64,000 bases of DNA. It comes from a virus (Duplodnaviria > Caudoviricetes). This document shows positions 47,072 to 57,047 of this stretch, one piece after another. Positions within the stretch are counted from its first letter, which is position 1. Each line of letters starts with the position of its first letter. A program made the translations under genes and the position numbers. The stretch is from positions 1 to 64,000 of the IMG/VR virus record IMGVR_UViG_3300028888_000084; one strand, given 5' to 3'. Below the pieces are notes generated by a model that worked only from the letters and a program-made list of their open reading frames with translations, ran no database searches and was not told where the DNA came from.

Positions 47072-47419
47072 TTATGAATTAATTAAATTTTGTCTTTCTA
47101 ATCTTAATTCTCTTTTTTTATCTATTAATTGTTTTGTTGTTTCATACAAAGTATTATAAGTACCACTTGCATCTATTTGATTTTCTAAGTGCCTTGTAAC
47201 ACCTTGCTCATCTATTTCTTTTAGTTCATTGTCTATTTCTTCTATTCTTTCTTCTTTTGTTTTTACTGGATGCGACCATTTATCACCGTCAAATATGTCG
47301 CCGACACCAAATTCATCATCTACTTTTATTAATCTTATATCAAAAGCCATAGCGTCTTCTACAGTGTTAAATAACATTGTTTCGATACATACTTCGTCTT
47401 CTATTATACCAAATATCAT
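47072..47419 (-). CDS. tail-fibre assembly chaperone-like protein
   Basis: GVGD.FDG.KW..P plus a coiled coil; directly downstream of a fibre gene. Confidence 0.5.
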   Translation of the reverse strand: MIFGIIEDEVCIETMLFNTVEDAMAFDIRLIKVDDEFGVGDIFDGDKWSHPVKTKEERIEEIDNELKEIDEQGVTRHLENQIDASGTYNTLYETTKQLIDKKRELRLERQNLINS

Positions 47420-47436
47420 TTATAATGGCACCCCCT

Positions 47437-48765
47437 TTATACCATAGGATATAAAATTACAACGCCTTGTGTTGGATTTATAGATTCTTTTATTTCACTA
47501 TCCATATATCTATAACTTCCGCCATTACCATAAGTAATTCCATCTATTGTCCATCCTTCGCCACCTAATGCGTAATGCCAATAACCATCAGTTTTACTAC
47601 CATTATGACCATCATATCCAACACCACCAGATACAGTTCCGCCTTCACCGCCAGATTGTGAACTACTATTGGTTACGCCACCATTTCCACCATATGCGAT
47701 TAAATTACCAATCTGTGAATATCCACCGTTTGTACCAGAACTAGCATCGTATCTTGAATAATGATTGACACCAGGCGCACCAATTATGACTTCAGTAGTA
47801 TTTGATGTAGGCTTAAATATATCTTCTATTTTTCCACCTGCACCACCACCCATAGCATGCCAGTAATAATATGTTGCCGATGCCCCACCACCAGCGCCTA
47901 TAACTATAGCCCTATAAGATATATCAGGATCTATATCATAAGTTCCACTAGAAGTTATTACTATAGCATTAGTATCTAATCCAAATGTTGTTGGCTGAAC
48001 TAACCATACAGCACCATTATACATGATGTTATAATATTTACCAGCCCTTATTGTACCTACAATTTGTTTTGCATCATTGTTTCCTATTTTAATATAAGGA
48101 TTTTCAAAAACGGTTTTATCATCATATGCAATACCAACTATATTTAATATAACGTTATTTTCATATAAAAAGTAAGGTATATCGAAATCTAAATAATAAT
48201 TATAAAATGTTTCTGGCGTAGCATATTCTAATGGTTGCCAATTAGATACGATGAGCTGTGCCTTTGAAGCTCTATTCTTATAAAATCTGTAATAAGTATA
48301 ATAATCTCTATTATTTAATACAAATTCTCTTACAGACGTTGAAGCCCCAGAAACTGTATATAAATCAGTCCAGGAAGTTCCGTTTTTACTTCCTTGTATG
48401 GTAACTGGCGACGTTCCAGAAACAGCTGCTTCCATCTTTGTTATTTTAGTAGCTTCTGGTAATTGTAACGTTATATAAACATCACCAGTTGCATTATTAG
48501 ATTGCCACGATCCAGATGTGGCAAATGCGTTTTTGGCGGCATAAGTCGAACTGTAACTTGAACTTGCTGTAACTATATAACCTAAATTATTAGAATCTTT
48601 ATATTTTGTATATGATGTAACAGCAGTCCAAGATGTAGGAAACACCATATCTGTTCTATAATCTTCACTTTCATAACTTTCTTTGTGCATAGTTGGAATA
48701 TTGAATCTATCAATACCAATGATAGATTCTTTTGAACTACTATTAAAAGAGTTTATTATAGACAT
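47437..48765 (-). CDS. receptor-binding or fibre protein (discoidin F5/8-like + glycine-rich domain)
   Basis: VTASS....A.NAF...W, IQGS.NG..WTDL, Y.YYR; IGAGGG..GGG.GG...G.G...G.VI. Confidence 0.7.
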   Translation of the reverse strand: MSIINSFNSSSKESIIGIDRFNIPTMHKESYESEDYRTDMVFPTSWTAVTSYTKYKDSNNLGYIVTASSSYSSTYAAKNAFATSGSWQSNNATGDVYITLQLPEATKITKMEAAVSGTSPVTIQGSKNGTSWTDLYTVSGASTSVREFVLNNRDYYTYYRFYKNRASKAQLIVSNWQPLEYATPETFYNYYLDFDIPYFLYENNVILNIVGIAYDDKTVFENPYIKIGNNDAKQIVGTIRAGKYYNIMYNGAVWLVQPTTFGLDTNAIVITSSGTYDIDPDISYRAIVIGAGGGASATYYYWHAMGGGAGGKIEDIFKPTSNTTEVIIGAPGVNHYSRYDASSGTNGGYSQIGNLIAYGGNGGVTNSSSQSGGEGGTVSGGVGYDGHNGSKTDGYWHYALGGEGWTIDGITYGNGGSYRYMDSEIKESINPTQGVVILYPMV

Positions 48766-48806
48766 GAAATTTCACCCTTTCTTTATTTTCAAATATTGTT
48801 TATTAT

Positions 48807-48835
48807 ATTATATCGTGTTTTATTATTTTTGTCAA
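48807..48835 (-). promoter_or_regulatory. perfect sigmaA consensus promoter inside the tail module
   Basis: TTGACA-17 bp-TATAAT. Confidence 0.75.
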
Positions 48836-48840
48836 GTTCA

Positions 48841-50445
48841 TTAATAACTTCCATTTATAGCAGCAGTGATATATGTATTAATTGCTGTAGATATTGCCTG
48901 ATCAACATAATCTTTTGTTGCTAATTCCTTTGCATCAGTGTCATCTTGACCTGTTCCACCGATTTTAATAACACCAGAAAACCAACCATTACCAGACCAA
49001 TCAACAGTATGTGCATTACTTCTTTCTGCTGTGCCAGTACCATTACCAATGATAGATATATATTTTCCTTTGTCACTTCCGAGCGTTCCTTCTGTGTCCA
49101 ATATATTGTATTCACCGATTACATGCTGGGATCTTCTTTGTGCCGTACTTAATCTACCTTCTGCATGAGAATATAAACCAGAAGCTGTAGTTTGATAACC
49201 TTCGCAATGTGCATATTGTGCACTTGCCGTACTTAACCATCCTTCAGCATGTGCACCAGAACCACTAGCTGTAGTGTTACTTCCCTCGGCATATGAATAA
49301 GAACCACTAGCCGTAGTGTTTAAACCTACGGCTGTAGAACTAGCACCCACTGTTGTATTCGCTTTTCTTCCTACGTTTATTGTAGAATCACCATATTTTT
49401 CTTTCAATGCATATTTCGCATCAGATTCTGTTTTTGTATAAGAATCACCGCTTCCACCACCGCCAGATACCGTTCCCCAATATCTTGAACCACTACCATC
49501 TGTCATTAACACTTGACCAGAAGTACCATCACTTGATGGTTCACTTATTTTGTCGTCTAATGCCGACTTTACACCGCCACTTTTAACTAGATTATCACTA
49601 TTTTGTGTTGGTGTATTATCTATAGAAGGAAAATCAGTTATATTAGAAATAGTGTGATTATGACTATTATTATTAACACTGACGTTTCCGTTGTTATCAA
49701 CCGTAATATCTGTTCCAGACTTCACACCGCCAAGAGTATTACTTGATGCTGTCGGCAACACATAGTTGCTTAAACCACTAAGTTTTTGTTTTTCTGTGGT
49801 TGTATAATTATTATCAGTATGAACATAATTAGAATCTGATATAAAAGAACTATCGTTGATTAACTGTGATGTTTTTGTTACAGCTTCTGGTGCATTTGTT
49901 AAATCATCATAGTCGCCAGTAAAAGCAACGGCACTTAAATCAGAATACCATTTGGCTATTTTACCAAGTATAACGGATAGTGTTTCGCCAGAATTTATAC
50001 CACTTCTTATTGCAGCTTGTGTAAAAGTTACAATATTTGAATTTAAATTAGAATCGTTTGATAGTTTATTTGCTAATTGCTGACTTAAACCATTTATGTC
50101 ACTTATACCAATAATAACATTACCAGTCTTGCCATTTACAGAAGTTACACCAGACTCTCCGCCGCCGCCACCATTTTGACTACCAGGCGCCAGTATAAAC
50201 ATATTATTGTACTGATTTTCTGGAACTAAAACTTTTACAATGGCATTTAGAGGCAGCACATCACTGGAAATAGATGGAACTTCATATTCCGTATCGTCTA
50301 TTTTAACTATATATCTGTTTTTATCCAATAATCTTATTATTCTTCCTGTCCTGGTTTTATCAAATGATGCATTTTTAAGTCTTTCTTTAACAATATAATC
50401 TATACTATTGATAATTTCATCTGTAATATAATCATATTTCGCCAT
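48841..50445 (-). CDS. tail spike or fibre with YadA-like head repeats
   Basis: N-terminal OB-like region, VTSVNGKTG, repeated ASG..S.AEG..T. Confidence 0.75.
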   Translation of the reverse strand: MAKYDYITDEIINSIDYIVKERLKNASFDKTRTGRIIRLLDKNRYIVKIDDTEYEVPSISSDVLPLNAIVKVLVPENQYNNMFILAPGSQNGGGGGESGVTSVNGKTGNVIIGISDINGLSQQLANKLSNDSNLNSNIVTFTQAAIRSGINSGETLSVILGKIAKWYSDLSAVAFTGDYDDLTNAPEAVTKTSQLINDSSFISDSNYVHTDNNYTTTEKQKLSGLSNYVLPTASSNTLGGVKSGTDITVDNNGNVSVNNNSHNHTISNITDFPSIDNTPTQNSDNLVKSGGVKSALDDKISEPSSDGTSGQVLMTDGSGSRYWGTVSGGGGSGDSYTKTESDAKYALKEKYGDSTINVGRKANTTVGASSTAVGLNTTASGSYSYAEGSNTTASGSGAHAEGWLSTASAQYAHCEGYQTTASGLYSHAEGRLSTAQRRSQHVIGEYNILDTEGTLGSDKGKYISIIGNGTGTAERSNAHTVDWSGNGWFSGVIKIGGTGQDDTDAKELATKDYVDQAISTAINTYITAAINGSY

Positions 50446-50471
50446 TGTATCACCCCTTTACAAAATATTTA

Positions 50472-50499
50472 TCCTACAACGCTTTATGCGTTGTAGGAA
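50472..50499 (-). terminator. intergenic hairpin
   Basis: TCCTACAACGC / GCGTTGTAGGA. Confidence 0.6.
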
Positions 50500-50507
50500 T
50501 TTTAAAT

Positions 50508-50693
50508 TTATTCTTCATTATCTATTATTTCATCAATTTCTTCGAAATCGTCTTCACTTGTTCCATCGGCTAAATAAATCTCTTTTGCGGTTACAACTGG
50601 ATTTCCGTCTTCGTCTTTCGATTTACTGACAATCACTTTACCTTTAGCCGCTATTAATTTTCTTAATGTTACTTCTTGTGTTTGAATTTGCAT
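50508..50693 (-). CDS. small hypothetical protein
   Basis: 61 aa; AAAGGAGG RBS. Confidence 0.7.
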   Translation of the reverse strand: MQIQTQEVTLRKLIAAKGKVIVSKSKDEDGNPVVTAKEIYLADGTSEDDFEEIDEIIDNEE

Positions 50694-50721
50694 CCTTTTA
50701 GCCTCCTTTTTATTGATATTA

Positions 50722-51672
50722 TTAATTTTCTGTTAATTCCATAAAAGTTGTAAGAGTAATGTCTACAGGTTTACATAACGTTAATAATTTTTGTTTAGCC
50801 ACGTTTTCATATACTTCTACAAATAAATCAGCATCGAATTTTTCATTTATAAAAATTTTATAAAATTTTTTTACCCATTTAAAAAATTCATCATAATTTA
50901 TTCTTTCATCGCCCCATATTTTAAGATCTAGATAAAAAAAATAAGCCGTTATATATATTGTATATATAAATTTCTTTATTATTTCTTCTGCAGTACCTAT
51001 TCTTCTTATCTCGCTTACAGCCCATTCCATATTATTTAAATATCCTTCGATACCAGTAAATCTATATATACCATCATCACGTCTAGTAATACTATTTGGA
51101 TTAAAATGCCATATATATGTATCATCATTAAGATGACCTGCTTTGCCTACAGCAAAGCAAACTGCATTAAATCCAGTATCTTCATTTGCCCTAGTATCGT
51201 TAAAATATATAGAGTTTTTTTCTAAAAATTCTCTTCGATACATTTTACCAAACACCCATATTACATCTGCTATATGGTTAAGAAATTGATTATTTTCTAA
51301 TTCTTCAAAAAAATTAGAATTAATCAAATCATACTGTCCTTCTTCTATAAAATCATATAATCGCTGTACTGCAAATGAACTGGTAAGTGTATCATCGCTA
51401 TCCATAAACATTATATACTTACTTTTACCAGCTTTAATTCCCATTCGTCTTGCAACCCCAGGTCCGCTATTTTTATCAAGTTTAACAATCTCCATATCCA
51501 AATCTTTAAATTGTTCTAATAAATAATTATACGGATCTTTTGAAAAGTCGTCAACTAATATTATATGGATTTTATCTTTAATTGTTTGTGTTTCTATACT
51601 ATATAAAACCCTTTTAATTGTTGAGTGTGCATTATAACATGGCACAATTAAATCAATTTCCTTTTTTTCCAT
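50722..51672 (-). CDS. glycosyltransferase family 2
   Basis: IVPCYNA, LVDD.S.D, N.GPG.AR..G, FMDSDD, ED..FN. Confidence 0.9.
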   Translation of the reverse strand: MEKKEIDLIVPCYNAHSTIKRVLYSIETQTIKDKIHIILVDDFSKDPYNYLLEQFKDLDMEIVKLDKNSGPGVARRMGIKAGKSKYIMFMDSDDTLTSSFAVQRLYDFIEEGQYDLINSNFFEELENNQFLNHIADVIWVFGKMYRREFLEKNSIYFNDTRANEDTGFNAVCFAVGKAGHLNDDTYIWHFNPNSITRRDDGIYRFTGIEGYLNNMEWAVSEIRRIGTAEEIIKKFIYTIYITAYFFYLDLKIWGDERINYDEFFKWVKKFYKIFINEKFDADLFVEVYENVAKQKLLTLCKPVDITLTTFMELTEN

Positions 51673-51688
51673 AATATTTCCTCGCTTT

Positions 51689-52765
51689 CTAAGTTACATT
51701 CCATCCTTTGCTGGTTGCAATGGCTATTTCAGAAGAAGATAATTTAGATAAATTAGTAGTTCCGAAAACCAAACTTTGATTTGCTTTACCAGCAGAAGAT
51801 AAATCATATAATCCATTTATAATATTCATCATACTATCATGTGTTAATTTCGTACTTGCATTTAATGCAATTCTATATGCTGCATAATTAACAGTAGTTG
51901 ATGTATAACCTTGTCCTATATTACTAAATGTGCCAGTAATATTTGCAAGATTTGAACATCTATAAAATGCATTCGTCATGACATTAACATGTGTGCTATC
52001 AAATGTTCCTAATGACAAGTCAGATAATTTACTACAGTTATTAAATATATTAGCTAGTGTTGTTGCAGTACTATTTTGTAATCCACTTATATCTAGACTT
52101 GCTAAATTAGCACAATTACGAAACATTATACTAAGAGTAGTTAATGCCGAACTATCAAACCCACTTAAATTTAATGAAGTCAACTTGTTACAATTATCAA
52201 ACATTTGTGACATACTTGTTACTTTAGATGTATTAAAATTACTTATATCTAGACTTGCTAAATTAACACAATTTGCAAACATATTAGCCATCATAGTTAC
52301 ATTTGATGTATTGAAACTATTCAAGTTTAAACTAGTTATTTTTCTGCAATTAGAAAATGTACCATACATATTTGTTACCTTAGATGTATTAAAATCCTGC
52401 ATATTCAAAGAAGATAAATTAGTACAGTTTGCAAACATAAAATACATATTTGTAGCATTTGATTTATCAATATTTGTAAAATCTATAGTTGTAAGAAGAT
52501 CGCAACCATCAAAAGCACGAGAAAAATTATTTACAACTGGTGCTGTTATTGGCGGAATTTGTTTTATAAATCTTGCTATAAAACAACCATTACTTTGTGT
52601 TGATCTACTTGATTCAAAATAGTCATAAATATTATCTCCACCGCCACCACTAGGTAAATTACTTATTTCCGAGGCAAAATTTTGTGCTGGTATAGCAGCT
52701 GACGTGCCCTTCTTACTTCTTATTGCATTTGCAATATCGGTAAATAAATCTGTTAATTGACTCAT
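51689..52765 (-). CDS. BspA-like leucine-rich-repeat protein
   Basis: Repeated FNTS.VT.M..MF.NC..L.SL.LS; N-terminal IANAIR.K.G..I....FA..I. Confidence 0.85.
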   Translation of the reverse strand: MSQLTDLFTDIANAIRSKKGTSAAIPAQNFASEISNLPSGGGGDNIYDYFESSRSTQSNGCFIARFIKQIPPITAPVVNNFSRAFDGCDLLTTIDFTNIDKSNATNMYFMFANCTNLSSLNMQDFNTSKVTNMYGTFSNCRKITSLNLNSFNTSNVTMMANMFANCVNLASLDISNFNTSKVTSMSQMFDNCNKLTSLNLSGFDSSALTTLSIMFRNCANLASLDISGLQNSTATTLANIFNNCSKLSDLSLGTFDSTHVNVMTNAFYRCSNLANITGTFSNIGQGYTSTTVNYAAYRIALNASTKLTHDSMMNIINGLYDLSSAGKANQSLVFGTTNLSKLSSSEIAIATSKGWNVT

Positions 52766-54312
52766 TAGTAACTACCCCCTATCGCACTTGTTATTGCATT
52801 TGCTATTGCATTATCTACATATTCTTCTGTAGCAAGTTTTTTTGCATTTGCGTTATCTTTATCAGTAGCACCTACATATACATCACCTGCAAAGCAACCA
52901 TTACCACTCCAATCAAGTGTATAAGCATTGCTTCGGTTACTTTCGTCTGCACCATTTCCTGCTATAGAAAGATATTTGCCATGAGTAGTCTGCCCGCCAG
53001 TCATATCATATGCATTATATTCACCTATTACGTGTTGCGATTTCCTTTGTGCAACAGTACCATACCCTTCTGCATGTGAATAATAACCTGAAGCTGTTGT
53101 TTTATAACCCTCTGCATGCGTATAACTTCCGCTTGCTATTGTGTCGCCACCTTCTGCGTGTGAACTATCACCACTTGCTATATTTTTATTGCCTTCTACG
53201 TGTGAATAATTACCAGAGGCAACGGTAGTTAATACTGTAGTGTTGACATTTGATAAAGTGTCAGATGAAAGAGTTTGATTTAATGTTACACTTGTATCTT
53301 CTACGATATTTGTAATTTTTCTTATAATATTATTGTATTCAACATAATATCCTACTTTCACATCAGTTGTACTGGCTGTTGTATATGTTGTAGCATTTGC
53401 TTCGCCAGTTAATTTAAGTGTAACATTATATCGATGTCCACCTTCAGAATGTGAACCTATACCAGAAGATACAGTGAATTTACCTTCTGCATGTGAATAA
53501 TCACCAGAAGCAACAGTAATATATCCTTCTGAATGTGAACTTGAAGCACTAGCAATAGTATTATTACCTTCTGCGTGTGAAGAGTTACTACTAGCTATTG
53601 TATTGCGTCCTTCTGCATGAGAATATAAACCAGAAGCTGTGTTACTAGCACCTTCCACGTGTGAACTTTCGCCACTAGCAATAGTGTTATTGCCTTCAGC
53701 ATGTGAATAATTACCAGAAGCTGTAGTACTATATCCTTCTGCTGTTGATCTTGAACCTACAGTTGTACTAGATTTTCTTCCTATATTTATAGTTGTATCA
53801 CTATATAATGATTTTTGTGCTGCATAATTATATACTGCTTCAGCACTTGGATATTGAATATCTGTGCTGCTAGATGATATGGTAGTGACTTTATTACTTG
53901 GAAGTTCAAATGAACTGGCAAATGAATATATATTTAATTGATTCATCTGCCACACGTTGTTATCATATTTTAATTCCAAAGTTATTATACCAAGTTGATT
54001 TCCTTGTTCTGTAAGTGCCCACATAAATTGAATAATTTTTTGCGATCCATTATCTGCTATTTGTTCAACAATTCCAGACATAGTTCCTTCTTCGCCAGCA
54101 TAAACAATTACATGTGAAGGCAATTGGTTATTTGAAGCAAAATTTGTCATAGCCGTTTCTATCGACTGTATATTAGACGCAGCAGATATAGTGGGAAAAT
54201 TTGGCTCTATTGTTGCATCTAAAAATATATCTTCTGAGCTAACGGAATTATTATCTACATACTCCTTAGTAACAATATCTTTAGATTCATCTATTTGACC
54301 AAGATTTTTCAT
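52765..54312 (-). CDS. fibre or adhesin with YadA-like head repeats
   Basis: More than 10 ASG..SHAEG..T repeats, interrupted by an inserted domain. Confidence 0.8.
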   Translation of the reverse strand: MKNLGQIDESKDIVTKEYVDNNSVSSEDIFLDATIEPNFPTISAASNIQSIETAMTNFASNNQLPSHVIVYAGEEGTMSGIVEQIADNGSQKIIQFMWALTEQGNQLGIITLELKYDNNVWQMNQLNIYSFASSFELPSNKVTTISSSSTDIQYPSAEAVYNYAAQKSLYSDTTINIGRKSSTTVGSRSTAEGYSTTASGNYSHAEGNNTIASGESSHVEGASNTASGLYSHAEGRNTIASSNSSHAEGNNTIASASSSHSEGYITVASGDYSHAEGKFTVSSGIGSHSEGGHRYNVTLKLTGEANATTYTTASTTDVKVGYYVEYNNIIRKITNIVEDTSVTLNQTLSSDTLSNVNTTVLTTVASGNYSHVEGNKNIASGDSSHAEGGDTIASGSYTHAEGYKTTASGYYSHAEGYGTVAQRKSQHVIGEYNAYDMTGGQTTHGKYLSIAGNGADESNRSNAYTLDWSGNGCFAGDVYVGATDKDNANAKKLATEEYVDNAIANAITSAIGGSY

Positions 54313-54340
54313 ACTTAAATCTCACCTCTTTGTAAAAAAT

Positions 54341-54368
54341 GGGAGTGTCAAATACTTTTGACACTCCC
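54341..54368 (-). terminator. intergenic hairpin
   Basis: GGGAGTGTCAAA / TTTGACACTCCC. Confidence 0.65.
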
Positions 54369-54389
54369 CCATATTTATATTTATTCTAA

Positions 54390-56195
54390 TTAAGACATTA
54401 TAACAACTCTATAAGCATTTGAAGCTGGTGCTGTAGCAAATGTTATAGTTACTGTATTTGTTGTTGCCATAACTACATCAGCCATAACAACTTCGTATGT
54501 TGTGTTATCCATTATTTGAACAATTACATCTCTTGTACCAAGATTATGTGTTAATGTATATGTTGTAGCTGTTCCATTTCCAACATTGTTAGCATACTTA
54601 CGTGTTACGATTACTACATTTCCACTAGCGTCTGTTTCAACATTTTTATTTGCAGCAGATGATCCTTGTGCTTTAGCTAAATATGTTGCACTTAAATCTG
54701 GAATATCACTAGCAGTTAAATCTGCACCACCAGTTACCAATCCCTTAGCATCATATGTTATTTTTGTTTTTGTTGCCCCGGTAATAGCTGTATTTGCAGC
54801 TACAGCTCCAATATTTGCTGGTGTTATATTAACTTGACCAATACGATATGTAGATTCTTTATCACCTTTTACACCAGTTACAGCATCAGTATTATCAACC
54901 TTATCCCAACCAGCTGTACCGTTAGATATACACCAGTCACCAACTTTAAATTCAATACCAGCTACTGTTCCGTTTGCAGAAGCTATAAAATAATAACCTC
55001 TATATTTAGTAGCATTATTTGTTGCTATTGTTAATGATGTAACTTCAGTTCCATCAATATCTACTAATTTACCATCAACTAAAGTACAAACACCACTTGC
55101 ATTAAATGTTCCACCATATTTAACATTTCCCAATAATCCATCAGGAATTTGTGATTGTGTAAGTTTCCCAGAATTATTTAATGTGGCGACACCATTGTTA
55201 GCTCCCTTTTCAGTAGTAACAATATAAGTATCGCTTAAGTCTGGTATATCAGTTGCGGCTAAGTCGGCACCAGATGTAACAAGACCATTTTTATCATATG
55301 TTATTTTAGTCTTTGTAGCACCTGTTATAGCTGCATTTTTATCTAATTTATTATTCAACTGTGTTTGAACATTACTTTCAATTCCATCTAATTGATTTAC
55401 TTCTTCCGCTGCTACAGTAACATCAGAAATTTTTGATAAAGGAATGGCTGGAATGTCTGTTGCAGCTAAATCAGCACCAGCTGTTACTAAACCTTTAGCA
55501 TCATAAGTGATCTTGGTATGTGTTGCACCAGTAATTGCTGTGTTCTTAGCAACGTAAGTAGCACTTAAATCAGGAATGTCGCTTGCTGTTAAATCTGCAC
55601 CCGATGTAACAAGTCCGTTCTCATCATAAGTAATTTTAGTCTTTGTAGCGCCAGTAATTGGTGTACCTAAACTCGAAGGTTTATCTTGTATTTCAGACCA
55701 TGTAGCTGCATTGGTTGAAACAACACCTGTAGAAGAATCAATTGTTAAACCAGCACCAATCTTGATTCCACCAAGCACTGTTGAACTTGCCTGTGGAATA
55801 TTAGCCGATATTACATTATTTGTAATATCAATGTTTGTTCCAGGTGTCAAAGTATCTTGCTTACCATTAATATCACCTTGTAACGTTGATACATCTTCTT
55901 CTAAATCATCAATTCTGCTTGTAAAATCAGTATCTAACGTTAAAGTTCCATCGTTTCCTACAGATAAATTTGAACCAACTTTAATTCCACCAAGTACATT
56001 ATCTGTTGCAGGTTGTAATTCAAATGTGTTAGTTACCCATGTTTCGCCTGTCCAAATATACTCCTTTTCATCTGCTGTATTGTAATAAATTTGTCCAACA
56101 CTTGGATTTGCTGGTGCAGTCGCACGATTTTCGATTCTAGCGTTCAAAAGCTGTTGACCACTTAAATCAATGTCGGTTAAAAATTTCTTTGCCAT
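54390..56195 (-). CDS. tail fibre protein with internal repeats
   Basis: 4 copies of ITGAT.TKITYD..GLVT.GADL.A.DIP; LGGIK.G repeats; HNLGT C-terminal domain. Confidence 0.8.
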   Translation of the reverse strand: MAKKFLTDIDLSGQQLLNARIENRATAPANPSVGQIYYNTADEKEYIWTGETWVTNTFELQPATDNVLGGIKVGSNLSVGNDGTLTLDTDFTSRIDDLEEDVSTLQGDINGKQDTLTPGTNIDITNNVISANIPQASSTVLGGIKIGAGLTIDSSTGVVSTNAATWSEIQDKPSSLGTPITGATKTKITYDENGLVTSGADLTASDIPDLSATYVAKNTAITGATHTKITYDAKGLVTAGADLAATDIPAIPLSKISDVTVAAEEVNQLDGIESNVQTQLNNKLDKNAAITGATKTKITYDKNGLVTSGADLAATDIPDLSDTYIVTTEKGANNGVATLNNSGKLTQSQIPDGLLGNVKYGGTFNASGVCTLVDGKLVDIDGTEVTSLTIATNNATKYRGYYFIASANGTVAGIEFKVGDWCISNGTAGWDKVDNTDAVTGVKGDKESTYRIGQVNITPANIGAVAANTAITGATKTKITYDAKGLVTGGADLTASDIPDLSATYLAKAQGSSAANKNVETDASGNVVIVTRKYANNVGNGTATTYTLTHNLGTRDVIVQIMDNTTYEVVMADVVMATTNTVTITFATAPASNAYRVVIMS

Positions 56196-56217
56196 ATTTT
56201 ATTCCCCCTATTTTAAA

Positions 56218-56991
56218 TTAATTCAAAGATGCTTTCCCACGCATTGGTTGGTTAAAGCATAATTTAACTTGATTTGAATTAATATAATATACATCAGCTA
56301 TTACAGCTTTTCCGTCATCATCAATTATAACAACTGACGGATATTTATTCATATTATGTGTTATGTTCCATGTATCAGATTCAACACTTTGTGTGTGAAT
56401 ATAAGTTTTATCTCCTGTAAGATTAAGCTCCGCACTTGTTTTGTTTCCTATTAATTCTATGCCATTTATACTTGGTAAATTAATTAAATTTTCATAATTA
56501 TTTGTTCCAAAACCACCACCGACAGCACTTAATATGCCATCTTCAGTTATAATTAAATTTTCTCCTACTTTTATACCACCAAGTATATCTGATGTAGCGA
56601 CTGGTAAAACATAAGGATCGTCACCGCCACCACCACCGCCGCCACTATTTTTTTTTATTTCTATGATATTTAATGACTTAGCAAATAGTGATAAGTCGCC
56701 ACCAGAGATAGATGTTATTTCAAATTTAACAGCAAACAGTCCAGATACAAGACATACATAATTTCCTTCTTCTGTTATAGACGTAGATTCTGATTTGTCT
56801 ATATCATTTATTATTTTTAATGTTTTGTATTCCATTCCACTTGCTACGCAGCCCAATACGTTTATAGAAAAACTAGCCGTACTATCAATTTGAAATTTCA
56901 ATAATTCTCCATTACCTATTGACATAGGATCAGATAACATTGCAGTAGTTGCTTTATTAAACACCATTTTACTGTTATAGCATCTACTCAA
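56218..56991 (-). CDS. tail-fibre-associated structural protein
   Basis: LGGIKVG, NYE.L.N.PSING..L.GNKT, W.I.HN..KYPSV; start moved to a TTG after GAGGAG. Confidence 0.7.
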   Translation of the reverse strand: MSRCYNSKMVFNKATTAMLSDPMSIGNGELLKFQIDSTASFSINVLGCVASGMEYKTLKIINDIDKSESTSITEEGNYVCLVSGLFAVKFEITSISGGDLSLFAKSLNIIEIKKNSGGGGGGGDDPYVLPVATSDILGGIKVGENLIITEDGILSAVGGGFGTNNYENLINLPSINGIELIGNKTSAELNLTGDKTYIHTQSVESDTWNITHNMNKYPSVVIIDDDGKAVIADVYYINSNQVKLCFNQPMRGKASLN

Positions 56992-57012
56992 CAAAATCAC
57001 TCCTCTGTTTTT

Positions 57013-57039
57013 TTTGCCACCACTAATAGTGGTGGCAAA
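57013..57039 (-). terminator. Rho-independent terminator-like hairpin after the tape measure gene
   Basis: TTTGCCACCACTA / TAGTGGTGGCAAA. Confidence 0.6.
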
Positions 57040-57047
57040 CATTTATT

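Noticed and set aside
33716-49115. Same-strand alternative-frame ORFs (33716-33955, 38486-38725, 48921-49115; also 2131-2331)
   Set aside because: They are nested in better-supported genes with no RBS or motif evidence.
47437-56195. Diversity-generating retroelement acting on fibre or LRR genes
   Set aside because: No reverse transcriptase and no TR/VR pair differing at adenines was seen in this window.
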